In this document: one piece after another, positions 52,039 to 62,900 of the stretch
Layout of the letters: every line of letters begins with the position of its first letter
Numbering within the stretch: position 1 is the first letter of the stretch
Assembly (NCBI GenBank): GCA_000002445.1
Contig: CM000208.1
Span: 992,001-1,056,000, forward strand
DNA: 64,000 nt
Direction of reading: 5' to 3'
From: Trypanosoma brucei
Lineage: Eukaryota
The notes under the pieces: generated by a model
Databases searched by the model: none
What the model saw: the letters and a program-made list of their open reading frames with translations, nothing else
Told to the model about the DNA's origin: nothing
Position numbers and translations under genes: made by a program

Positions 52039-52059
52039 GGCTATCCTTCTCTCTCTTTG

Positions 52060-52150
52060 CAAAGAAATTCGTATTAACGCAAGAGAATGGGTTGTAATTT
52101 GGTAGATGATTGTGTGAAGCAAAGAGTGAGGAAAAGAAAAGAAGTGGAGA
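52060..52150 (-). promoter_or_regulatory. Putative polypyrimidine tract / trans-splice acceptor region upstream of RPS3A copy 2
   Basis: The plus strand is GA-rich (gaggaaaagaaaagaagtggagagaagttgtgag), giving a CT-rich run on the coding strand 20 to 110 nt 5' of ATG 52038. Confidence 0.35.
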
Positions 52151-52412
52151 GAAGTTGTGAGTAGGTACCATCTTTCCGTAAACGCGTCGGCGAAAAAGGA
52201 ACATCATCACCAAAATAGTAACGTAAAAAAAAAAGGAACGAGATGTAACGGCAAGATATCCCAACGCTTAGCGTAAAGTAGTTATAACGTTAGTATAGAA
52301 ATAAATGCTGTGGAAAAAAAAAAGAGTGGAATCACAGAAACAACCGCCACCTTTCTTAACTCCCACTGCATCCATCGCCGATTAAATTACCGTCCACTTG
52401 ACACTAACGCAC

Positions 52413-53870
52413 TTAAAAAGCCATGAAAAACTCGTGGTCAGCTGATATGCCTGTGGCGCAAGAAGCATCTACGGATGGTACCCAACCGCCCTGCCATGTG
52501 CTCCGACAGCTGACTACCGAATCGATACGGTTCCTGAATGAAGTCACAGAAGTCAGTTCATCACTTTTTACAGCTGCCCCACCGTTAACGTCCACATCAA
52601 CTTCCTTTTTAGAGCCATTCCCACCACAACAGTTGCCCTCGCCGTGGACAACCGTACCAGTTGTTGATGATGCACCATTTAACTTCTCTGTGAGTAAAAC
52701 AAGACGTACCTCTGCGTCTATTCCGGCGGCAACCACACCTTTTCCACAAGCGAAGGGAGCAATAGAACCGATGTCATATTTCAGCACGCTAGTGGTTATA
52801 CTTACTCGCGTCCACTTTCGGATGTCATGCACACACACCGCACGACCGACAGCTATTGCCACTTCAAATTCATTACACGTCGCGCACACATCCGCCACCC
52901 GTGTTGTGGCGTCGGTAAAGCGGCTCGACACCAGAGGAACAGACCGCTGACCTCCACTCATCGCCTCAGTTTGTTTTGTCATCACAGCACCGGAACAGCG
53001 AGTGTCGTACACACTTGCAACGGGCCCCTCCGCCACAACAACACCATGAGGGAAAATACCTCCACATGTTGCCATACCCGTGGGGGCGTGCAAAGTACCG
53101 TATTGCCGAATCACTGCGCCACAATTGCGCGCGTCCAACAGGCGCAAATCAAAAAAGAACTCCCTGCAGCAGACCACCTGGTCGTCTGCAAGTGGAGTCA
53201 AACCACACCAGCCACGGGCCCCATAAGCTTCAGCTCCACTGGTTGATGCTGCTACAACAGGCTCCCAGAACGGATGTTCATCAACTCCACCACTTGATTG
53301 GTTGTCCACACGCCGACGTTTCGCCGGAGGCTCCGCCTTGTTGGTTTCGCCAACGGAAGATGCAGGGAAAGTGGTGACATACACATTACCCACTACATCA
53401 GCCGTATACAAGCGCGGAGTCGGAAACAGAGCCACATGGTTTCCCTGCTGTACCATGAGAGAGCGACTCTCTCTGCAAAGCTCTACACAACAGATGCGTT
53501 GTCCTGATGGCAAAGCAGGTGACCGCCACAATAAATCGTCACCGTCATACACTGTGCGACGTGTAAGGCAAGTTCCAATATCTCCATCTGCCGCGATGAG
53601 GCCGGTCAGTACTACAGGTAATTGATACTCCCGCGGTGATGGATCCCCTGGTTTCTCCTCACTGGAACCTTTTTGATCCTCATTATTCCTCTCATCTTTG
53701 TTGATATCACCATACGACCTCACCAAACGGGCGACGCCGAGTTCCCGAAGCCCCTCTACCTCCAAAGGTGGTGCCGCCGTTAAACTGATATGCGTGCGCG
53801 AACCCTTTGGTAAATATGGGCCGTCGAGGGGCACCAGGCGCCTGCTCAAAAACCTTCCGCAGTGAAGCAC
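52413..53870 (-). CDS. Hypothetical protein, possibly a beta-propeller (WD-like). The start is unresolved: the open frame runs from 53909, but the first in-frame ATG is at 53456 (347 aa from there).
   Basis: The track ORF of 485 aa starts at a GTG. The frame is open from the stop at 53912..53910 and the first 138 codons look protein-like but contain no ATG. The in-frame ATG is at 53456..53454 (MVQQGNHVALFP...). An out-of-frame ATG at 53910 opens only a 67-aa ORF. Confidence 0.5.
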   Translation of the reverse strand: MLHCGRFLSRRLVPLDGPYLPKGSRTHISLTAAPPLEVEGLRELGVARLVRSYGDINKDERNNEDQKGSSEEKPGDPSPREYQLPVVLTGLIAADGDIGTCLTRRTVYDGDDLLWRSPALPSGQRICCVELCRESRSLMVQQGNHVALFPTPRLYTADVVGNVYVTTFPASSVGETNKAEPPAKRRRVDNQSSGGVDEHPFWEPVVAASTSGAEAYGARGWCGLTPLADDQVVCCREFFFDLRLLDARNCGAVIRQYGTLHAPTGMATCGGIFPHGVVVAEGPVASVYDTRCSGAVMTKQTEAMSGGQRSVPLVSSRFTDATTRVADVCATCNEFEVAIAVGRAVCVHDIRKWTRVSITTSVLKYDIGSIAPFACGKGVVAAGIDAEVRLVLLTEKLNGASSTTGTVVHGEGNCCGGNGSKKEVDVDVNGGAAVKSDELTSVTSFRNRIDSVVSCRSTWQGGWVPSVDASCATGISADHEFFMAF

Positions 53871-54404
53871 AAGCGTGAGGCTTTGATGAAGAGGGAAAAG
53901 AAAGTGCCATCAGAAATTGTGTGATGCAAATAGTGCACCAAGCACCCTCTGAGAAATATACCTGATACGCTAATCAACAAAAAAAAAGCAGCAACAGAAA
54001 AGTATACACGTGTATATACATATCATAAAAATACATGGTGCGTAAACATATCGGTAAGGGTATAGAACTAAATTAGTAACAAGTAGCAGATACCAGAGAA
54101 AAAAAAATTTTCTGTCCAGTACTTTACTTTAAAAGTGGCATAACTTAAGTTCATCTGTGTCAGCTGCGTGAGGAAATAACACTGCATCAACAATCACAAT
54201 TTCTGCAGCAGCATGAACTTTAGGAACGGGGAAAACAACGACGCAAATCCGTTTTTCCTCCATAAATACAAATACAAATAGAAATACATACTTTTCTTTC
54301 TCATCTACCAAGAAATACTCATCATCAAACACCTCAAACGGACTGAAAATAAACCATGAATAAACGGAAAGAAAAAAAAAGGAGTGTGAACCGTTCCGAT
54401 TGCT

Positions 54405-54509
54405 CCGCCCCGCCCCGCCCCGCACCACCACCACCACCACCACCGGTAACATTAGCAACGAAAAAAAACAACGGAAACTCAAATAACGTCGCTAAATGCA
54501 AATACACGA

Positions 54510-54531
<22 letters not shown>
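54405..54531. repeat. GC-rich repeat block: (CCGCC/CCCCG)3 plus (CCA)6, which is G-rich on the minus strand with quadruplex potential, followed by (CA)11 at 54509..54531
   Basis: ctccgccccgccccgccccgcaccaccaccaccaccaccgg ... cacacacacacacacacacacacc. Confidence 0.85.
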
Positions 54532-54544
<13 letters not shown>

Positions 54545-55608
54545 AACTATGACTAACACACGTGTACCATTACACAAAAAGGAACAAACGCAGATATATA
54601 TGTATATAGCCAGATTTATTTACATGAAACAGCATTATTCTTAGGTAAGTAAGAAGAGACAAACGGGATAAAGAGATAAAGGCAAACCGCCAATTAAAAA
54701 AAAAAATCAGAAAGGGCGGTGCATATTCGAGTACAAGAAAAAAGAGCATAGCACACACTTTTTTCCTTCGCCCGAGGTCAGTTTCATACAAAACCCCTGA
54801 ATGAGATTTGGAAGAATAACCCGCAAAACAAAAATGAAAATTCGTCACGTTATAATTCAAAGTCTTCCCTCCTCCTTATCGTCTTTCAATAATTTTTAGT
54901 ATTCCTTTTTTTTTTTCATCCTTTTCTAAATTTAGTTACTTAACACTCCTTCGCCTCATGCGCATACAACACCGCAATTGAATGCGAAATAGTTATTCGC
55001 TTATTTGCCTCTTCTTTTCTTTTTTCTTTTTTCTTTTTTCTTTTTGCTTATCAAACCCCTCTCTGTGCCAAAACAAGAAGTTAATGGTAAATCCGAATAC
55101 AAAATGAAGGAACGAAGCCAACTCAGTGGATAACAAATGTGTGTAAAATTGTGGCAACACACACCACATATCTCTCATTATTGTACATTCGCCTTCAGCC
55201 ACCAAATGAATATATAAATATATTGCAACATATATGTGCACAACTTACAGACCGGACTTCTGATTGTACCAGTTGCAGCAGTTGTTGCTTCCCTCGAGTA
55301 CTGCAGTACAGAAATTATGAAAATAAGGAAAAATAACGACCACAAATGACACTGACACGGTTAAAAGCAAAGGCAACACAACTGCAACAACAACAACAAC
55401 AGTGAATAATAATTTTTTTATATATATAAAAAGGAAACCGAGGAGGGGGGAAATACATCATCAATGTACGAACAGAAAAAAAAGGATTTTTGTGGAGACG
55501 GCACCGCTCTCAAATAAAAACTTTTAATAACATATAAGTGTAAACTACAAGATTTCCTTCCACTGTCCTCAGGAGGCGGGGCGGCGGGTTTCCGATTGAT
55601 GGTTTCGG

Positions 55609-56076
55609 CTAAGTACATTTTTTCGGATCTCCATTGCTGTTATCCACATTATTATTGTTATTATTATTATAAGTAGTAGTAGCAGTAATAATATTTTTGT
55701 TGCCATCGCTGCCATTCAATACGCGCGCTCTCTCCAACCTCATCCACGAAATAATGAAATCCAGCGGAGCATCGGGTCTCTCCTGCAAAAGTGTTGCAGT
55801 GAGTTTGTCAAAGAGCAGAGGGATTTCGTTCAACTCCAAATAATCTGAAAATTTCAAAGACTCATTACTCGGTTCTTTGCGAAAACTTTTCGCTTTTTCG
55901 TCCTTCTTCTTCTCCTCCTCCTCCTCATTTTCTTTAATCACATCAACATCACAACTGATGGCGTTCAATGATGTATCATCTTGTAAACTTTCATGAGGGT
56001 TTGATTTCTGCTGTTGCTCCTCCAGAACTATTCTTTTCCCACTTTTTAAAGCTGTTCCACGCGACAGCGGCAGCAT
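55609..56076 (-). CDS. Dpy-30-motif (RIIa-like dimerisation/docking) protein, 155 aa, with an acidic middle and a poly-Asn tail
   Basis: FSDYLELNEIPLLFDKLTATLLQERPDAPLDFIISWM matches the human DPY30 core [33 protein letters not shown]. ATG verified at 56076..56074. Confidence 0.7.
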   Translation of the reverse strand: MLPLSRGTALKSGKRIVLEEQQQKSNPHESLQDDTSLNAISCDVDVIKENEEEEEKKKDEKAKSFRKEPSNESLKFSDYLELNEIPLLFDKLTATLLQERPDAPLDFIISWMRLERARVLNGSDGNKNIITATTTYNNNNNNNVDNSNGDPKKCT

Positions 56077-57795
56077 TAGAGTTCACTGCTACAGGTATAA
56101 AAGATATATATATATATATAAATGTATATCTGTGTATGTATTTGTATGTGTTCTTTTTTATGTTAATTTGCGGATGTATACAAATATATCTGTAACTTGA
56201 TGCACGTGCAATTGTGGCACTCCGACAATAAGGAAAGTGATACTACAATATATCCTAACTTCACTTACAACCTTCTCTTACCTTTCACTAGGTTTTAGTT
56301 TTCCCTTCTCTTTAAATTTTTCTTTGTTATTCTTTTTTTGTTTGAAAAGTCCTTAAAACTACAGTGTCTGTAACCTCCTAATGTCTCTTTCCTCAGTGCC
56401 TTCGCCCTTCTTTCCGTTCAATCTTTTTTTATTTTTGTTGTTGTTGTTGTTGTTTCTAAAGAAACAAGAATGTGAAATGATTATTTTCTTTCAAAAAAAA
56501 GAACTTGCAAAGGTAAAGAAAAAAAGTTTAATTTGACACAAAGAGTGAATCTACACAATAATTTTTTTATAAAAAACATAATTCATAATTTTGGCACATA
56601 TAAACAAAACAAAAAGGGAATGTAATGAAGAATAGGGTTTAAAGTAGCAGCATCATTTGGTAACTTTGAGAGAACATTAAAAAAAAAGACAGTAAATCTC
56701 ACACGTGTTATATCGCCAAAACAATTCCATTAGTTCTTTCCTTCTTTTTTTTTCAGTCCTTGTGTATCTGTTGTTGCCCTTTGTTTTTCTTTTTTGGTCG
56801 TCGTCGTTGTTGTTGTTTTTCCCACTTACAATTTCGTGAAATTTGCCATGTAAGTTTTTTTTAAAGAAAAAAAAAAGGAATCACTTTGAGATTTGAAACG
56901 GAAAGAGGAGGATAGAGGCGAGCATAAGAAAAAAAAGAAAAAGAAAGTTGCAATGCCGCTCCTTCTGCTAATTTTTAATGAAATATTCAGAAACATCTTC
57001 AAATATTTCGTCATTTCTCTAGAAGAAGAAAAAAAAGGAAAAGGGGGGAAATAGCACACCAATATTAACTGGCGTGTTCTATGGGCACACACACATTAAA
57101 AAAAAAAGAGAGAATTTGTTCAACGCGGCTGCGAAGGTAATTCGCATAAATATATGTCATAACCGTATTCATTTCTCTTTATTTATTTTTGTTTTGTCCA
57201 TCCTTTGACTACTTGGTCGATGGTTTCCTTGTTAACTCTTATTTTTTAAAAAAAAATTTAAAGGAATTTTGTTTTCTCGCCCTTGGTAATTTACTGCTTG
57301 ACTCCTCACAACATATCACACATGTTGGATTGAATAACAAAAGTAACCTCGAGGGTACCAAAAAAAAAAACAGGAAAAAAAACACAGCAGACGACTGAAG
57401 AAAACAAAATCTTCTTTTTTAAAAAACCTTTTTTCTCTCTCTTTTTTTTCTCCCTCTCTCTCTCTCTCTTTCTTTAAAGGAGATAAAAAATAAAATAAAA
57501 CAAAACACCATCACCACCACCACCACTACCCATTTCCATCAAACCGATATTTGATTTATTTTCCCTTTTATATCACCTTTGAGTCATCATCAATTCACTC
57601 ACAATAAGATGAAGTTGTTTTCTCAAAACAAAACAAAAACAAAGAAACACACAAACGCAGAGGTGATTAAACAAAAAGGAGGGTGAAAACAACAGTAAAG
57701 CAAAGCAAAGCAACGCTGAAAACACTGTTAATAATCTATGAATAGCTCACGCCCATTTCACGCGTTGCTCATTTCAAATCAAACAAATGGCAAAT

Positions 57796-57831
57796 CTCTC
57801 TCTCTCTCTCATACACACACACACACACACA
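57796..57831. repeat. Compound microsatellite (CT)8(AC)10, immediately 3' of the tryparedoxin-like CDS
   Basis: atctctctctctctctctcatacacacacacacacacacatc. Confidence 0.9.
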
Positions 57832-57835
57832 TCTT

Positions 57836-59386
57836 CTAAAATTCCTCATCAAAACTAAGTCCTTTCGTGTGATTATCAATGAAGCTTTGTATAAGTGGTA
57901 CCTTCGAATTCTGAATCTGTCCCATTTTACTTCGCCGTAATCCTTCACGCAGTTGTTCAAGACACGTCCCCATGCATTTCCCGCTACCTTTAAGAAATGC
58001 GGACCAATCTCCAGCACCTTTTAACACATCGTTATTAAGTAGAATAAATGTGGGAATTATCTCTACTCCAAAGAACTTATATAATGGTTCCGCAAAGTCC
58101 ATATCAGCCTTTACCACACATGCAAAACTGTGGGGAAATCCCTCCTTCATCATGGTTGGGAGAGAAGCAACAACTCGCATACACGGAGGGCACCATGATG
58201 CACCCATGTAAATAAAAGTGTGAGTTCCAGATGGGGTATCATTCCCCGGAGGGAAAAGCACAGTTTCACCAATTTTACGAAGCAGATGCTCCACCGTATA
58301 CACGGGAGCAAGCAGTGAAAGGGAATGCAACTGGTCAACAGTTTGAAGTTCCTTCACTACTAAGGGTTTCCCATACGGCGGAACCGATCCAACCTCAGAT
58401 TGAATGGCCTCATATGAACCCATTGCAGTAATATCGCCATACTCATCCACCGGACCTCCTGCAACTCGCCACATCACCATGGAGGGAAGTGTTAGTTCAT
58501 GATGACAAATTTCATCTTTTGCGGATGATTGGGCGGATGATGCGACGTTTTCAAATTCCACTTGCGCTCCAGCGCTCGAGTGTTTGATCGAAAGGGATTG
58601 GGAAGGACCCTCCGCGGAGGGTGTTCCATTCAATAAACTGTTAAGATCAAGAATTTTTGTTACTCTTTGAAGGATCACATCTCCGACGCGGTCAACAGAT
58701 GCTGAATTCGGTGTAATTTGGGCGCCAGCACCGGACCGTTCCGCGAGCGGAAGAGCACTAAGATCCAGGCAAAATATACGGCATGCGGAAAGTTTTTTCG
58801 TCACATTTCCCAGCATACCCTCTATTTCCTCTTTGTTGCTGTGAAGCACAACAAAGACAGTTTCGCCTGCACAAAGCTGCAGGAGCGGCGCCTTAGCCTG
58901 AGCCTCTAGTTGCACTGGAGGTGTGTGAAATAATTCCTTCAGTTGCTGTAATGTGTGGAGTGTTGTGATTGCACCATCAACAGACGCGGTACTGTTAGTA
59001 CATTCAGCGTGAAGCAAAGTTTTTTGTCCGTTAGAAACTGGAACGTCAGGTCGACTGTCCACACCGACTTGAAGCTTTCCACCAAGTTGCGCAGGACTTT
59101 TGAAAAGTTCACATACTTCCCCTTCGCATTCATCATTACTATCATCATTTTGACTTCCAACCATGTTGCTGTTGTTGCTGACTGAACGTTTCATAGAACT
59201 TTGGGAGTTGAAGTCCACATCTCTCAGTAATGTAGCGGTAACTCCTAAAGATTTATTGTCAGTTTCCGCCACAACAGTTCCGTTAAAAGATTTTTTTGAT
59301 ACGTTTCCTCCCGAGAAGGAACCTGCTAATATCGGTTCTACGGCTGTTTCATGCTCACGAGGGCGCTTGGAAGAAGCACCTACCAT
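57836..59386 (-). CDS. Thioredoxin-fold protein with a tryparedoxin-type WCPPC active site at the C-terminus, 516 aa from the first ATG. The roughly 380-aa N-terminal region is unassigned.
   Basis: The track ORF starts at a GTG (59446); the first ATG is at 59386..59384 (MVGASSKRPREHE...). FIYMGASWCPPCMRVV falls at about 58183..58197 and is followed by thioredoxin-like secondary-structure spacing. A polypyrimidine tract lies immediately upstream on the minus strand. Confidence 0.65.
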   Translation of the reverse strand: MVGASSKRPREHETAVEPILAGSFSGGNVSKKSFNGTVVAETDNKSLGVTATLLRDVDFNSQSSMKRSVSNNSNMVGSQNDDSNDECEGEVCELFKSPAQLGGKLQVGVDSRPDVPVSNGQKTLLHAECTNSTASVDGAITTLHTLQQLKELFHTPPVQLEAQAKAPLLQLCAGETVFVVLHSNKEEIEGMLGNVTKKLSACRIFCLDLSALPLAERSGAGAQITPNSASVDRVGDVILQRVTKILDLNSLLNGTPSAEGPSQSLSIKHSSAGAQVEFENVASSAQSSAKDEICHHELTLPSMVMWRVAGGPVDEYGDITAMGSYEAIQSEVGSVPPYGKPLVVKELQTVDQLHSLSLLAPVYTVEHLLRKIGETVLFPPGNDTPSGTHTFIYMGASWCPPCMRVVASLPTMMKEGFPHSFACVVKADMDFAEPLYKFFGVEIIPTFILLNNDVLKGAGDWSAFLKGSGKCMGTCLEQLREGLRRSKMGQIQNSKVPLIQSFIDNHTKGLSFDEEF

Positions 59387-59399
59387 GTTCTCAATGAAA

Positions 59400-59480
59400 T
59401 AATGGATTTTTTTTAAAAAAAAGACAAAAAATGTGGCGGCACACACAACAGGGAGGGGAAAAAAAAAGAAGTGACAGTTT
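59400..59480 (-). promoter_or_regulatory. Putative polypyrimidine tract / trans-splice acceptor region upstream of the tryparedoxin-like CDS
   Basis: The plus strand is purine-rich (aaaaaaaagacaaaaaatgtggcggcacacacaacagggaggggaaaaaaaaagaag), so the coding minus strand is pyrimidine-rich within about 100 nt 5' of ATG 59386. This role is assigned by analogy with kinetoplastid mRNA processing, not demonstrated. Confidence 0.35.
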
Positions 59481-60659
59481 ATAACTCCTTATTTGAGTCC
59501 TAATCTTTACCGAATGTTGCCAACCTTTGTGTTTGCCTTTTCTTACGTGTACAACAAACAGAATATATATATATATATATGTGTGTGTATGATTATATAT
59601 GAATGTAAATTTATGTATTGCGGTTTTTAAAAATATATATATCTATATGATCAATCCACACGAAGAAGAGAATATAAAATATGTGAAGTGTGAAAGTAAA
59701 TGAATACATACACAAATAAAACACACAACAGGCATCTTTCTGCTTTATGATTACCCAAACGCATACAAATACGCGTCAATGAAACAAAGAATAATACAGC
59801 TTTGAAGTAGTCGTTCAGGTACATTAAAATATATATATATATATATATATTGATAGGGGAAAAACATATGGAAATGGGAGAATACCATGAAGTCACGCAA
59901 ATGCTTCAAATCTCACGGTATCATCGTCACTCCATACATGCATCACTTTCTTTTCCCCCCTTTTTTTTTAAACAAGAAACAAGTCAATAAATAATTCAGT
60001 TGATTGTAAGTTAACTCTCCATAACCTTCCACAGAAACTAATATATATATATATATATATATACACGTAGATATATAAAGATGGCGTCTGCTTCGCTCTT
60101 CCTTTCTTCAATTGCCTTCGACTTCGGCGTGTTGTTGGACATTCACGGCATTTGAGTCCTTTACTCCAACACCAGTGCAATAATAATTTTTAAGAAAAAA
60201 ATCAATTAAGTTAAATTAAAGTCACCAAAACGAATTTTTGTCAACAGATGGGGAAAAACAAACACTTTTGCGGCACAAAAAGGCAGAGTTGGTGCTTCAT
60301 TATAATTTTCCGTGCACGGACACTAAGTTCGAGAACACTCTCCAATATTTCTGATAGCTTCCTTTTGTTTAATATAATATATATTAATAAATAAATAATA
60401 TATATATATATATATATATGCATCCTAACTTTCTAAACGTAGGAAACCCACTTGTTTTTTGCTTATTTTTGTGATGTTTATCTTCGATTACAGAACGTTA
60501 GTTGTACTGCCTTAAGTAATGAAAGGGAGAAGAACAAAAAACAAAAAAGAAAAGAATTGAAAATTAAGTTTAATAGTTTAGAGATGTATCAAAATAATTT
60601 TTTTAAAAAAGTTGAGAAGTGTTTGAGAAACCGCCAGTCACGTTATCATTTTTAAGTGA

Positions 60660-62900
60660 TCTGATACGATTTCTTCCTTCAGCGTGTTCATCTTTTTTTT
60701 TGTTTTTTTTTGTTTGTGGACGTTTGGGTGTTTGTATTTGTTGTTCTCTCCTCTCCTGTTCTCTCAGGCTACAAATCTCAATACATTCTCAGTCGTAACA
60801 GTAACAAGGCAGGAAAAAAAAAATTCAAAGAAGAGAAATGATTAAAAAAAAAAAAATAAAAACACACACTCACACACACAAGGATTGGAGATGGGGGAAA
60901 AGAAAAAAAAGAGAAGAAGTAATGCGACACGAGATGACATGAAAAGATGAGAGAACAAACAACCACCCGACTCTGCAGGAACAAAATCACAACATCACCT
61001 TACGCTTACTCACTATCCCTTAGCAATTCCTTTTTCACTTTCTTTCCTTCCCTTTTTCTGTGTATTTTTTTCTTTTTTTTTTCCTTCTCGTTCCTATTCT
61101 TTTTTACTTTTCCTCCACATCTTTTTTGTTTTTTTTTAATTTTTCTACACCCACTTTTTTTTTTGTTGTTACCTTCCTTCTCATTTTTGTTCGTATTTTT
61201 TTTTTTAAAAGTATTAAGTAAACCAACCTCCCTCATTTCATCTTCATCATTCCCTTCTTCCCTCATAAAAATAAAAAGCAAAAAAAAAAAAAAAAAGAAA
61301 ACACACACACACAAGAAAAAAAAGAAAGAAAGAAAAAAAAAGAAAAGAAAAAAGAAACAAACACATAAAGAAACACAGGGGTAACACTGGAGGTCCCGTG
61401 TACTTCCTTATTCTTTTTTTTTCTTTACTCTTCTTGTTCTTGTTCTTGTTCTTGTTGTCGTATTTCATTTCGGTTACCGTTTCTTTTTTTTTTCTTTGCA
61501 TGTTTGTGTGGTTTCTCGTTCCCTTTTCTTTCTTTTTTTTCTTTCCTTCTTTTTTTTTCCTTGCTTCATTGTTTCCTTCTTTTTTTTCTTTTCTCTCTCT
61601 CTCTCTCTCTCTGATATTTCTTCTTCTTTTGTTGTTGTTTTCCTCCTTTTTGTATGTTTTCTTCTTCCTCTTTTTTTTCTTCCCCCTTTTTAGAAAGAAA
61701 AAAACACACACACACATATACACACTCACGTACACACACACAAAAAGAAAAAAGAAAAAAAACAACTTCTTTTTCCCTTTTTTTTTTCGCCTTCTCCTCC
61801 ACCTTTTCATGTACTCATTTCTCTACTGATGCGCATGCGCTTGTACACACACACACAAAAATATATATAAATATATATAAATATATATGTATGTGTGTAT
61901 GTAAATATATGTGTGTATGTGTTTTCAATAATGTTATTAGTGGCGTGTTGGTGTTAGTGTTGGTGCTGCTGATAGAATGTCTCCTCTTCTTTTATTCCTT
62001 TTTTTTTCTTCTTTTCGTTTCTTATTTTATTTTTTTTTTCTTTCTCCCTCGCCATCTTTATGTACTTTTTTCTTTTCCTTTTCCTGAACATCGCTCTTTT
62101 TCAATTTGAATTTCACTTGTTCAGGTATTTGGTCACTGAAACACTTTTTTTTTCCTATTTTACTCTTTTTTTTTTCTTCTTCTTCGCATGTTGATATATT
62201 TTTATATTATTCTCCTTTCGTACTCCTAATTTTTATTTTGTTTATCACAGAACCGGACTTTCCCTTTTTGTGTGCGTGTGATTTTTTCTTTTTTTTTCTT
62301 ATTTATTTATTTATTTCCTTTCCCTTTTTCGCTTTTTCTCCTTGCTTTGTTTTTACATTTTTTTCCTTTTTTTTTTAGTTTTCTCAAACCCCCTCTTCCG
62401 TCCTCACTTTTGCTCTCAATACATTTGGCTCGTTTCTTTGTTTTTTTGGGGGGGAAATTATTTTTTAAATTCCTTTTTTTTTTTTACTGTTTTGTTTTGT
62501 GTTATTTCGGCAGGATTATTCTTTCCCTTTTTCTTTTTTGCCTCACTCTCTTTTTTTTTCTTTTATCCCCTTAAATCCTATTACCTCTTTTTTCTTTTTT
62601 TAAATGCGAATGTACAAAAAATATTCCACACCCATCTTCTATGAGGGGAAAGAAAAAAAAATTAACTCTTCATTGATTTCCTCACGTATTCCCGTTTGTT
62701 GAGAGCGTCGTTCCCTTTTCTTTTCTTTTTTTAAATTATTTATTTCCTTTTATTTATTTATTTCCCCACACCCTCCCTCCCTCCCTCCCTCCCTCTTTTA
62801 TTCGTTCCTCTCTAATCCACTTTTTCCTCTTTCTCTTCTTTGCTCCGCTGCTTCATCCTTCCCATTCACTCGCAAATTCCGACACGACACTCATAAAGTT
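60660..62900. repeat. About 2.2-kb strand-asymmetric low-complexity tract. The plus strand is almost pure pyrimidine (T/C), so the transcribed minus strand is A/G-rich. It has embedded (CT)n and (CCCT)n blocks.
   Basis: Read directly: long runs of tttctttcc, (CT)11 at 61591..61612, (CCCT)6-7 at 62770..62797, and T(10-14) runs. All ORFs called here are poly-F/L/S low-complexity translations. Confidence 0.8.

Larger units (their letters stand above)
50177..52045 (-). repeat. Tandem direct duplication of the RPS3A gene. The unit spacing is 1081 bp. Identity covers the CDS plus about 10 nt of 3' flank and a few nt 5' of the ATG.
   Basis: 50187..50957 and 51268..52038 are nearly identical. The flanks diverge immediately upstream of the ATG (catggctgcctcaaag versus catggctatccttctc) and about 10 nt past the stop. 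The antisense plus-strand ORFs 50256..50666 and 50287..50490 appear again as 51368..51571 and within 51208..51747. Confidence 0.9.

Noticed and set aside
53707-53910. 67-aa ORF starting at the only ATG upstream of the propeller-like frame
   Set aside because: It is out of frame with the long coding-like frame and terminates quickly. It is considered only as a possible frameshifted start (see the first finding).
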